From Enoplolaimus lenunculus (Eukaryota), in contig JASANG010002430.1 of the NCBI GenBank assembly GCA_030248215.1, positions 124,001 to 188,000 on the forward strand: DNA of 64,000 bases, written 5' to 3'. A model generated the notes under the pieces. It was not told the DNA's origin and made no database searches. It saw only the letters and a program-made list of their open reading frames with translations. Shown here in pieces: positions 14,401 to 24,967 of the stretch. Positions within the stretch are counted from its first letter, which is position 1; each line of letters starts with the position of its first letter. Position numbers and translations under genes: made by a program.

Positions 14401-17400
14401 TTCCCTTCCGCAGGCTACTAATGTTCGAAATGTAGCCTGTCAATGTAATATTTTTCAATTTGTGTGTTATGAGTTTTCAATTACTTTTATTTTTTCTGTC
14501 ATTGTCAATTGTATTGTTGTTGTCAATTGCTATTGTTTTTGTTGTCAGTGGTACGTAATAACAATTATTAATTTTAGATTGAAGCGCTGCGTGGCAAACT
14601 GGAGCACAAAAACGACGCAATCGATGAGAAAATGTCTCAAGTAACACTGATGCAAACCGAACGCAACCGACTTCAGTCAGATGTGACCAGTTTAAACGAA
14701 CAGATTAAAATGAAAGATTCAAAGTTGGCGATTTTGCATAAAAAGGTAAGCCTATTCACACATGCAAGCTTGTTAATACTGCAGTGTATTCAAAGTGAAA
14801 CCGTTTTCTGCATTCTAGCAACTGAATTTTTAAAAGAAGCCCTGAGACCCATGTAATATCTGTTAAAGTTGTAGAAGATTCCTGATATTTGTTGCTTAAA
14901 AGCAATAATATTTCTCGCGTTTTTGCTCATCATTTTTACTGTGTAACAATTTGAGAAAGTGAAATACGTAGCTATTACGTATAGAACGGTAAGAGTTGCG
15001 CTATACATTATTGAACCGGACAGTGGCACGCTACGCCGCACGCCGTCATCCCGCGGCACAGTAAAATTTTTTCCACACACCTCCGACGAGTATAACGCAA
15101 CCCTAACGTGGTATTGTGACCAGTTTTTTTAATAGGAACTAATAACAGGTAATCAATGTTGACTCTTTTTAAACCGTTTCCCGCAGTTAAAATCTTGCCT
15201 GTCTTTATACTGAGCACAAAGTGTTTTTGATTTAGTTAGAAACTCAGGAAGAACAAATGAAGGAAATGAATCATCAGATGGATATGCTCAAAGCACGATT
15301 GGCAACTTCACCGGCCGCTATCCAGCAGCAAGAAATGCAAGTAAGTACCATTGCGGTTGCTTGATTTTAAATAGATTTTGGAATATTTCGAAATGATTGT
15401 GACAGTATTTGTTTATGGTTTATATGGCAGGGTTTGCAAACCCTAAATTTGTTCTAAATTTTTTAAACTTCAGTCAGCGGAATTTGTATTTATTTATACC
15501 ATTTATTATCATTTTTGACGACGGTCTGGTCTATAATTGTTGTCGTGGGTTGCTTTAAGATGGGAAACCGCTGTATACCCACGCCAATTATCAGCGAGCT
15601 ATAGGCTTTTAGGGCATGTCAACAATTTCGCTTGATGATGTATCTGGTTTGTCTGTGATGTAAATGTGATTGTAATAGTTTCTTTAAAACTGTGGGTATG
15701 CATGAAAAATACCTGTATAAAACGCAATATGCTGTTGTGTAACATATACTGATGCATTCAGAGGCTGATCTAGGTATATTATATGGGAAATGAAGTGCAC
15801 ATATTTCTGCTCGTATTAGTTGCAGTTTTTCATGGTACCTAGATTTGTGGATTAGACAAGTATATTGTTAGGATCAAATTGACGCCCTTATGCGAGAAAA
15901 AGATCGGCTGGCAACTGAAATGAAAGCAGAACGCGAACGCTACGACATAGAACGGATTGAAGCGCTTGATATGCATCAGCGAGAAGTTAGAAGCCTGCGA
16001 CAAACGATAGATATGTTACAGAAAGAACTTGGTGATAAACAGGTCAATTTTTAGCAGAAACTTTGTCCGTTGTATTTTCATTAATTTATCATATCATACT
16101 GTGTGGTTTTTCGAAGTTTCAATATTTAAAAACGTACCGTTGTGTAATAGAAGGCGGTTAGCTTCGAAATAGTGTCAAATGTTTCAGTTCCCGACCTAAG
16201 CTATCGCCTTTGATGTCCACTCCAGCTTGTCTGGTGCAGAACTTATCGAAGAGCATTATAGAGTGTATAAGAGTGAGCTGGCTGTGTCATTTTGTGATTT
16301 CGCAGTATGGTGTAAGATATGATTGTTCTTACTATATTATGGTTTTATGGTAACGTTGGCCATGATGATATTAGTGTCTTTAGGGTTGCGCATGCTGCGT
16401 GAGCACAATCTTTGCAGTGAACTTGATGTTTGTATTTCAGATGTTAATTGAAAGTCAGGGTAACAAAATTGAAGATCTCGAAAGCGACCTCAAACTGCAA
16501 ACAGAACACGCAGAGTTGGCTCATGAAAGACTTGCGAAAAGGGTAAGCCGTGATAATAGTTTTTCTACTCTGATATCATTGAAAATGATTTTATTATTTT
16601 TATGATTTTATAATTTTATTTTTCATGCACTTAATTTACTATTTGTTTCAACTTTTAACGGGTGATTGGGTTAGCTTTAACTGGTAGCAAAATATTGTGC
16701 TTCACAAAGCTTGGAGTAAGTATTCTACTTATAATTGTTGGTTTCTAGTCTCCGGATGCGAAGGATCGTGAAATCGACATACTTCGTGCCGATTTACATC
16801 AGGCTCGCTCAGAAGTTGACCGTCTGTTGAAAATGGTACAAACGTTAGAATCCGAAAAGTCACAACAAGGCTCGAAAATGAAACAGATGGAAGAGTAAGT
16901 GATATTTTAGTGGAACCATATGGTAGATTACAGAACAAAAGTGGTGTATGACGTGTCGGATTTGGTTTAGCATTCAGTTTGGAAATTTAAGCAGGGCCGG
17001 TACATGTTTTTCGAACATCCGGCAAAATGTTTAGGGTTTTGGATTCGCGTAGAATTAGGTTTCGCTGTAGTTACACATTTTCCGGGTAAAACAAAATTGA
17101 ACAGTAAAGGCAGAATTGAGTAGGATACTGCTTTCGAAGTTTGCCACGTTTTTGGCTCACGTAACTAGAAGCGGTCTGTTGGTAGGTTGCAGTGTGGGCT
17201 CCACAACCCCCTCTCCAAAATGCGCTGTTAACGGATGGTTCTTAGCTTGAAATATTTAGTGATTCGTCTCGAAATGATTGTTTATGATTCGACTTCCCAC
17301 GAAAATATTCCTGAGACTGCTAGTGAACGTGATGTAATAATACGATTGCTTATTTAATTTCAGACAAGCATTGCGGTAAATATTGATGTTGTGTTTGTGA

Positions 17401-20400
17401 TATTGTGCTGTTTTGTGATTGTGTGCGTCAATTTCAGTATTAAACGATGCATGCTTGTTACGCTTTTTTATCTTAAGCTGGGAAACGAGATTCAATATTC
17501 TGTTCATACTTTGGCCTTCAATTAAATTTAATTTATTGCATTCGTTTTATTTACACGGAGCAATTATGTTTGGTTTTTAGACCGTTTTGCGAGTTCACGG
17601 TTATCATCATTTTGTTTAGTTGTATGTTGAGGGTATGTTAGCTATGCCTTTATTGCTTATTTTTCTGCTCGATTTTTAGACATTTGAAAGAGACTCAAGG
17701 AAAGTATAGCGCACTGTTAGGAGATGATTCGCATCGTTCATCATCGGTAAGTAGGCATTTTGCGTTTTTGCATAACCTACTACAGGCAAGTCTTAGGTGA
17801 AAGCCGACCGGATTTTTTCAAGTATGCAGCAAAAGAATGCTGAGAGCTGTCGTGCCAAAATTAAATGTGGTGTTCCACCAGCACCAAACACTGTGCCAAT
17901 TCTGATGTTAGAAAGTATAACTATTTAGTAAAAAGACTATTGAGTGTACAATATTTTGGAAGCAAAAAATTATTTCGCAAAAACTTTTTTGATTTTTACT
18001 GTAGAGTTAAAATATTTAGTCCAGTGTAAGCAGAGCCTCACATTTTCACCGTATGAAACTTGCCTCTGTGAACTTTTGATTTGTGTTTCATGAGTTTAGT
18101 AATAGTTTGGTCTGTAGATTTGCCTCTTCCAGTTAGGGATTTGTGGTCGCGTCCGCCGGTACTGGTTTCAGTAGCTTATGCACAGCGCCTTGCCGTTTGA
18201 CTTACATTAATAAGGAACCTACATTTGAAGCATTAAGAAAATGATTTTAATGTGTTCAAATTTTATCTACCAATATAGAACATAAATGGTTAATGCGGCA
18301 ACACTTACATCGCTGTGGTAATATTTTTGCTATAGGTAACTGGCACAAGTAACCGTGATCAGCGTATTGAAGAGCTCGAAGAAGCACTTCGCGAAAGTGT
18401 TTCGATTACAGCGGAACGCGAAATTGCGATTGCTAATCAGAAACAACTCGCGGCGCAAGCTGAAATGAGGGTATGTATAGTGTGTCGGATTGTATCATAT
18501 TTCATTTTCAGCCTTTTTTGAAATTCTACCCAGCTTGAATTGAATACGTTTGACACTGATCAAAGACACTAATTAAAAGAGTTTTTGGAAGAGAAAGACT
18601 CCAGCGGGGATTGAACCCAAGTGGTAAGATTTGAACGTTTTTATATTTGAGCTTCACACATGACTTGACTGGATCATTCCACCCCTAAAATTTAATATCT
18701 GAAAATTCAAATTTTAGGTCCTATCCAAATCTTGACGATAGTTTTTCTTGTAATTTTAATGCAAGCGCTTTCCAACATGTGTATGGACAAACCATTTTCG
18801 ATATATTAAAATATGTTACATTTTACGCAGTTATGTTGTTGCACGCATTCATCATTCATTCATATTGTTACTGTTTCATTATTAATTTAAAGGCACAACA
18901 AAGTAAACTTGAAACGTCGCGTTTGAAATCGCAGCTCGACGAAATACAATCACAGTTCAGCGTTGTCAAAAGTACTCATGCAGACAAAGATGCAATCATT
19001 CAGACTCTACGGCTGGACAGGCGAAAGCATCTCGAAGAAGTTATGGAGCTAAAGTAAGTTTGCTGACATTTTCTGGCAGATCTAACGGTTGACGTTGGTA
19101 TGGTGATGTTGTGTTTAACAGCGACGGAATATTCGGTTTGTGTTAATATTCGGTAAAAATCGACACCCAGCTCGCGTAATATCTGGTCGCATCATGAGTT
19201 ACGTATTTTAATAAACTTAAAGATGAAATATGAAATATCGTGTGATAAGCAGTAAAAATGTCCTGGTTAGCGACATAATACCTGACGCATTGCATACGCC
19301 AGTCTTTTGATAGTCGGAGCAGTACTTCGTACGTCGTGGGTTCGAGCCCCACCGCATCCGCAGCAAAATTTTCGTGAAGGGCTCTATATGGTGGAACTGC
19401 TCAGCTTGAAACTATTTATAAAATAATTATATGATCCTGCATGTTTTTTGCTTTGCAGGCAAGAAGCGTTACTTGCAGCGATTAGTGAAAAAGATGCTCA
19501 TATTGCTCTTTTGGAAATGTCGCAAAATAAATCACCGGATGAAGTTGAAACGCTACGAAAACATAAAGAAAAATTGATGAAAAAATTGAAAGAAGAGGTT
19601 CGTATAGCAGCTAAGTGAAATAATTTGGTGAATTTTTTCGAAAATTTTACTTATGAAAAGCAGTGCTACCTTAAGATATTAGGCTATAATGATGCCAACA
19701 TTGCAGGTCCTAAAACTCATAGAGTTTATAACTGACATATCGAGGAATTACACTGAAATATGATAATAAGGTGGTTATTAAGAATACAAGATAAACGACT
19801 ATAGATGTATTATGTTTTGATAGGGTGACAATGTGAATATTTTTGTAAAAAATGAGGAATCACTGGAGTCAAATTATTGTTTTAGAACATCAAAAGAATG
19901 AAATTGCTGAGTGAAAGTCCAAAGGATACCTCACTTGCCAAAGATATGGCCCTTCTTGGACAGGTACGAACATCTAATTTGCATCGAGCTAGCTAAACCT
20001 TTTTGCCTTTGTTTCTGTAGTCGCACACAAGTATTGCAGTTTTCTTTCACACCTCGACTCTTGCGCTCATGGTTTCCTTTACGTGTACTTCCTCGTTCTT
20101 GGCTTTTTTCCGATTTGCCATTTCTCGTTTTGGTTCGTCATTCTGTGTAACTCCTGCCTTGCGATACAAACCGTTAATTTAGGTCAAATTTAGGTTCAAT
20201 GTTGCGCATGAGTCAAAAACTACTTAACGACATTGGTTAAACAGACGAATGACATTCTATATGATTTAGTTTGTGCAATGTTTAAGCACAAACTAAACTG
20301 ACAGTCGTATGGTTCCCGTCACATTTTCGGAATTAGGCATAGGCAACGACGTACATAAGTGTTTGGTTTAAGCGTTATAACCTTAAATGTGGGGGAATTG

Positions 20401-23400
20401 TACAAGAGCCATTAGACTTAGCATACTAAAGATTTTTCTTCTAACATTTGTTGCTGTGTAACTTCAATATTTAAAATTATATAGAAAAGGTCGCCTAAAT
20501 CAAGAAGACGGCGTTCTTTGAATACACATTTAAAAGTTAGTTTTCCGCTGTATAGTAGGCTTAGATAGCGTTGCTTTCAGACTCTTTAGGTTACTAGTTG
20601 TAGATAGTTTAGAAGTTATAACGGGTGTATTGTTGTAAAAAGGTTATGGTACCTGCGTTTGAAATGAGGATTTACAAGAACGCATGGATCTGGTTGTACG
20701 AGTTACATAGATACGCATGATATTGAGTATTCAAATAGGAATTAAATACGTTCGTGATATTTCAGAAATAGGATATTTGCGACATAAAACAGATTTTGAA
20801 AGTAGAGATACTATAACCGTTCTGCTACGATTACATTTCCGGGCAAGTCAGATTTTAAAAAATGAAATGTTTACGCTAACAGTATTATTATGTACTTTTC
20901 ATTCCATCACTGCATTAATGTTACCGGTTTATATCGGGTTCTTGTAAAAATTGACTATCTGGTTTCGGTACTTTAGCGTCTGACAAATTTATGAGGTATT
21001 AGAGCAAAATTTGAAGCGAAACAAACACTGGACGTCCGGTTAGTTGGCCAAGCCCCGTTTCCAAATAAAGTATGATTGGGAATATTCGGGCTTAGACCAT
21101 TACTGTCTCTACATAGTTATCTCGTGTTACTGTCTTTAATGTGGGTGCTAAGTACTGCAGCTTTTCTATTCCAAGTAGTATAACTTAATGCTGGTATATT
21201 ATATAAGTTACTTGCATTACGTGATTGTGTAATTAAATGCTTATATATGTATGTATATATTATATATACATATATCAGGGTTCAACCGGAATTCCTGTTA
21301 CGGCCGGAATTCCTGTAAAAATTCTAGTCCTGCTCCGGCATTTTAAGACGCGGGAACCGGAATTTTTACGGTATTGTGGCAAATTATTCATAATCATTTA
21401 AATATTTAGAAACTTTGTATTTGAGGAATTTTTTATGTCTCAATTCTGTTACTAAATTGTTCCAGATGTGTTTTCGCAAAACTTAATGATTAAATAGCTG
21501 AAAATTCCCTTTAGCCTTTTTTGGCAAGTATTCTAAAAAGCCCTACAGTAATTTGTTTATGCCATTTTTTGACGAGTTTTCTAAAAAGTCAAACAGCGGA
21601 ATGTCGGTTGGTTGTGTAATGTTTAAAATTGGTTATGAGTGACTTGTCGTGCGGCGCTGAACACCGATTTAAGTCAACCAATTTTTGTTCACAAATTGAT
21701 ATTCTGTGTCATGTGGCAATACACGTACATTGTACGGTGACGGACAGCGCCCCGGACGGACACCATTAAACGTAACGCGCCACCCTAAGAGTTACTGCGC
21801 CCCGGACGGACACCATTAAACGTAACGCGCCACCCTCAGAGTTACTGCGCCCCGGACGGACACCATTAAATGTAGCGCGCCACCCTAAGAGTTACTTGAC
21901 GAACAGGTGCATAGAATGACCGTTAAACTATTGAATCCTTTGACGAGAGACATTGTTTAAAAAAATTTCACTGAAGCCGTTATGTTAGTTTAACACTTTG
22001 CTGTATGGTTTTTAATGATTTTAATACCGTATTGCGCAGTGCGGCATCGTACACTAATTACGTTATGGCTCAAGACAGCACCGCGTAAATTATTTGAAAT
22101 CAAAATTTTTTGACATGTGGTGCCGTCAGACAAGTATAGCACCACCCTTTGGGTTGCGCTATGCTCGCCGCGCGCAGATGGACGCTGGCGCGCGGCACGG
22201 AAAAAGTATTAAAAATTGTTTAACGCCGCCGCGCGCCACAAAACGAATTTTGTGTTTAGTTTTATAATCTTAGGGTGGCGGTGTATCTTTCTCATATCGT
22301 CCGGTGCTGTTCGTTGCCGTTCGGCGCGATCCAGCACCGTACCGCAACGCACGTGTATTGCGGATTTACGAAAATTGGTATGTAACATAGTCACAGTTTA
22401 AAAATTTTATTTAATAGATTGTAATCCTTCGAGGTAGTATCGGCTTGCTGTAGCATGTCTGTTGCTTTTTCAGTTTAGTTTGATGTAGGAAAGTAAAATT
22501 TTTAAAATGGATGGCTTAAGGGTTTGCATGGTTCGTCTGGTGAAGCGAACGGGGTTAATTTTAGATACTGCTAGCTGTTTTTGTTTTGCTGGATTTGTGA
22601 ATTGGAGTAATTTGTCTCCACCGTGGATCTCGGCACTCAGAGGCAGTGTTCGTAAATGTATATATTAGGGTTCAACAGGATATTCGGCTCCCACAAGAAT
22701 CGACATCCGACTAATTTATTCTTTGTTGCTGGTTATTGATTGATGAAACAATAGCTTAACTCTATATTATACTAATACTTTTGATCAAAATCGCAATATT
22801 TCGCTGTGAAATTTGTTTGAAATGACAAAAATATGTGCTTCAACAATACCAGTTAATCCTACGGCTCTTGTAAAACAAAATTATAACAAATTATATCAAG
22901 TAATACTAAATTAGCGTGATTTACTGCCGGGTTTGGTGTGGCACGACAAAAATTTTCCCGGGCATATTTTCATGGGGATCCGATTTTCACAGTACTGTCG
23001 TGTGAAAAATGACCCCCATTAAAAAGTGACCACCGGTCATTTTTCCATAGCGTCGCATGAAAAAATGAGTCCGTTAAAGAAGACTCCCGGTCAGGTTTCA
23101 CAGATCTGAACTTAACCATTCTTTACCCCTCATAATTTGAGGAACAGACGATGAAGGTAATTTATGTTCAAGGAAAAAATTTACTAGAAAATTGAAAACA
23201 AAGACATACATCGGCGTAGACTGGATTTTGGTTTGGGGTTTTCTACGTCGCTGAACACGATTTATACCCTTATAAAAATTCCAACTTCAGACTCTTTTGC
23301 AAAGTCATATCTTCGAGGTTGGTCAAGTATACTCCCCGAGCTAGCTCCGAGGTCAGGATTAATGCTTTCAAGATAATTTCTTATTTCTGAGTACGGAACG

Positions 23401-24967
23401 TGCGAAATATTAGCCATTATTCTAAGAAATATGTAGGTTATGTTAGTGTACAATGTCCAAAAGTCAACTAGAAAATCGTGATGTGCCGACTCCAAAGATT
23501 TATGTTGATACCGATGTATATATTAATTGACACAATCGTATCTAAGGAACGTTAGTATTACTAAATTACATGGTCATAAACGCAAATGTATAAAACCTAA
23601 CAAGGAAAAACAACTATGACCACTATTAATTTCGCTCAATTTCATATGGTGCACATTAGGCATCAACAAGCGTATTACATACAACATCTCAATGACGGTA
23701 CCTACCAAGGGAAGAGCGTTATATTTAAGCACATTGTTTAGTAAGCAGGTCCTTGTCATTCCTGCTGCGACTTTTTGCTGGACTGAAACGTGATCACTTT
23801 TTCAAGGTGTTCAATATTTCATCTCTGTATTGGCCGTATCAAATAGACAGGGAGTCTCTTTCTAATGGAGGTCATTTTTTCACACGATAGTACTATAAAA
23901 TATGGACCTCCTTGACCAGTCGTAGTGGGACTACATTTATTGAGCGAAGCTCCAACGCACGTAAGCGATTAAGCTAATATGCAAATTACCTATTAGCTAA
24001 CTATTCAATTATCGGTTTTGGATGTTTATAAACTATTTATGAAAATGTGCCCGGGGGCCATTTTTTCATGCGACAAAGAATATTGAACTAACCCTGATAC
24101 ATATACCCTTGTGTGTGAAACGTGTCAACATTTGGCCACCAACGTTCGTTATTGGCATAAGCTAGAAAATTTCAGTGGTCCAGTTTGCTTTGCCCGCAAT
24201 ATACATGAAACCAAATGCTGTTCAATTTTTTGTTCAGAATTTCCATTGATTTACTTGAAAGTGTAATGCGACGTAATTCGTAGTAAATAAGCCGCTCATA
24301 ATGTTGCTAATTTCAAAGTGTACTAGATTTAGCTTTAATGCAACGTAATATAAGAGCGGATATTGCTCTTTGAACAAATGTATGAAGAAATGTGCTCAGT
24401 GCGCGTTGCGTTTTTGGCTGCGCGTTGTATTTTTGGCCTACTGTACCGCCATTATGGTTTTATAACTTTTGAGTAACCGGCGATTATATAGGTGATTTTT
24501 CAATAATAAAAATGTTCCGCGTACGTATAATTTTAAGAAAATGACAGGTTTCTGTTTCGGAAACATGCACTGAGGTTGGATATGGTAAAATGCAACGTGT
24601 GCTGGTCGTTTCAGTGCCATGCGAGAAACATGTAAGTTATATACTCTTGTGTAAAGACAACAACCATCGACTTGTGGTGGTGATGTTACTTGGAAATCAT
24701 TTTCACGTGCTTGTCTTATTTTAGGACGGTTACATCGGTGTTATGCCAACTCCGCCAATGGTCCAGCCTCCTAGTGCGCAACATTTATCGCAACCGCCGC
24801 AACAGCAACCGCAACAACAACAGCCACCTCAGCAAATTCCAGGGATTGTAGTGCAACCTGGAGTGCAAGGTACTCAACAAGCTATACCGACTGTCGCAGC
24901 AGGAGTCGCAACAGCGTCTCGGCAACCTGTGACCGGTGATGATACTGAAGCTGGTATATGGGCTTGA
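1784..24967 (+). CDS. elks-1: ELKS/ERC/CAST (Bruchpilot-like) active-zone coiled-coil scaffold, 18 coding exons, ~992 aa (whole span)
   Basis: Spliced translation contains ERC-family motifs SIKTFWSPELKRERALRKEE, ETQRQTLVARDESIKKLLELLQNKG, HLEVLKESLTTK, RIEELEEALRESVSITAERE, RRKHLEEVMELKQEALLAAISEKDAHIALLE and a terminal GIWA*. All 17 introns are GT-AG with consistent phase. CDS totals 2979 nt. Confidence 0.95.
4845..5300. repeat. ~15-bp minisatellite (GGCGGCCTTTTGTCC-like), ~30 degenerate units
   Basis: Periodic ttttgtcc(a/g)ggcgg motif; produces spurious ORFs 4810..5259 and 4872..5441. Confidence 0.9.
8575..9134 (+). mobile_element. DINE-1/Helentron-like non-autonomous element
   Basis: Subterminal inverted repeat TTGAGCGAAGC...GCTTCGCTCAA, internal ATGCAAATTAGCTATTAGCTAACTATT subrepeats, (GACG)n microsatellite near the end. 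Classification is by architecture only. Confidence 0.65.
9209..9265. repeat. (TGTA)n microsatellite
   Basis: About 14 perfect units seen directly. Confidence 0.95.
10240..10370 (+). CDS. elks-1: ELKS exon 2
   Basis: tttttcag|KQSGVIRQLTDELQ...RLERDR|gtgagc; phase 0 to 2. Confidence 0.9.
10673..10803 (+). CDS. elks-1: ELKS exon 3
   Basis: tttacag|FQRELSIM...ARDESIKKLLELLQNK|gtgagc; phase 2 to 1. Confidence 0.93.
12717..12856 (+). CDS. elks-1: ELKS exon 4
   Basis: ttttag|VVAATSAQDRLELE...RSLQE|gtgtaa; phase 1 to 0. Confidence 0.88.
13336..13416 (+). CDS. elks-1: ELKS exon 5
   Basis: ttcag|ECLAASEKMHNLE...LESK|gtaaat; 81 nt, phase 0 to 0. Confidence 0.8.
13650..13814 (+). CDS. elks-1: ELKS exon 6
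   Basis: tttcag|NMQIEELQNQIAVLEDEL...AELKMK|gttggc; 165 nt. Confidence 0.9.
14059..14226 (+). CDS. elks-1: ELKS exon 7
   Basis: ttttag|FEKIELD...HLEVLKESLTTKDQQIGLLQSD|gtaagc; 168 nt. Confidence 0.92.
14578..14745 (+). CDS. elks-1: ELKS exon 8
   Basis: ttttag|IEALRGKLEHK...KLAILHKK|gtaagc; 168 nt. Confidence 0.92.
14993..15103. mobile_element. Tourist/PIF-Harbinger-like MITE
   Basis: Imperfect TIR GAGTTGCGCTATAC / GTATAACGCAACCC, flanked by TAA on both sides. CG-rich relatives at ~4530-4670, 6465-6600, 11300-11390, 22070-22350 and 33895-34170. Confidence 0.7.
15236..15340 (+). CDS. elks-1: ELKS exon 9
   Basis: tttag|LETQEEQMKEM...QQQEMQ|gtaagt; 105 nt. Confidence 0.9.
15872..16042 (+). 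CDS. elks-1: ELKS exon 10
   Basis: gttag|DQIDALMREKDRL...LQKELGDKQ|gtcaat; 171 nt. Confidence 0.9.
16441..16542 (+). CDS. elks-1: ELKS exon 11
   Basis: tttcag|MLIESQGNKIEDLE...RLAKR|gtaagc; 102 nt. Confidence 0.9.
16749..16894 (+). CDS. elks-1: ELKS exon 12
   Basis: ttctag|SPDAKDREI...ARSEVDRLLKMVQTLESEK...|gtaagt; phase 0 to 2. Confidence 0.92.
17680..17746 (+). CDS. elks-1: ELKS exon 13
   Basis: tttttag|HLKETQGKY...HRSSS|gtaagt; phase 2 to 0 restores the frame. Confidence 0.85.
18336..18470 (+). CDS. elks-1: ELKS exon 14
   Basis: tatag|VTG...RIEELEEALRESVSITAERE...EMR|gtatgt; 135 nt. Confidence 0.93.
18893..19053 (+). CDS. elks-1: ELKS exon 15
   Basis: ttaaag|AQQSKLE...DRRKHLEEVMEL|gtaagt; phase 0 to 2. 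Confidence 0.9.
19459..19597 (+). CDS. elks-1: ELKS exon 16
   Basis: ttgcag|QEALLAAISEKDAHIALLE...KLKEE|gttcgt; phase 2 to 0. Confidence 0.93.
19886..19963 (+). CDS. elks-1: ELKS exon 17
   Basis: ttttag|NIKRMKLLSE...LLGQ|gtacga; 78 nt. Confidence 0.88.
21747..21896. repeat. 3 x 50-bp tandem repeat
   Basis: gcgccccggacggacaccattaaacgtaacgcgccaccctaagagttact at 21747, 21797 and 21847. Confidence 0.95.
22937..24075. mobile_element. ~1.1-kb element with long diverged TIRs, right TIR interrupted by a Helentron-like fragment
   Basis: 22950-23100 (cccgggcatattttc...cagtactgtcgtgtgaaaaatgacc) mirrors 23865-24075. Confidence 0.55.
24725..24967 (+). CDS. elks-1: ELKS terminal exon 18 (Q/P-rich, ends DDTEAGIWA*)
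   Basis: ttttag acceptor in phase 0. C-terminal IWA is the conserved RIM-PDZ-binding motif of ERC/ELKS proteins. Confidence 0.93.
   Translation, partial: DGYIGVMPTPPMVQPPSAQHLSQPPQQQPQQQQPPQQIPGIVVQPGVQGTQQAIPTVAAGVATASRQPVTGDDTEAGIWA

Noticed and set aside
19290..19365. tRNA gene (GGTTCGAGCCC B-box-like motif)
   Set aside because: No acceptor stem or D arm can be folded; at most a decayed SINE fragment
21747..21896. CRISPR-like array
   Set aside because: Head-to-tail repeats without unique spacers; eukaryotic intron; no cas genes
23262..23759. Transposase remnant inside the 22937-24075 element
   Set aside because: Short ORFs without a recognisable DDE or HTH motif; a profile search would be needed
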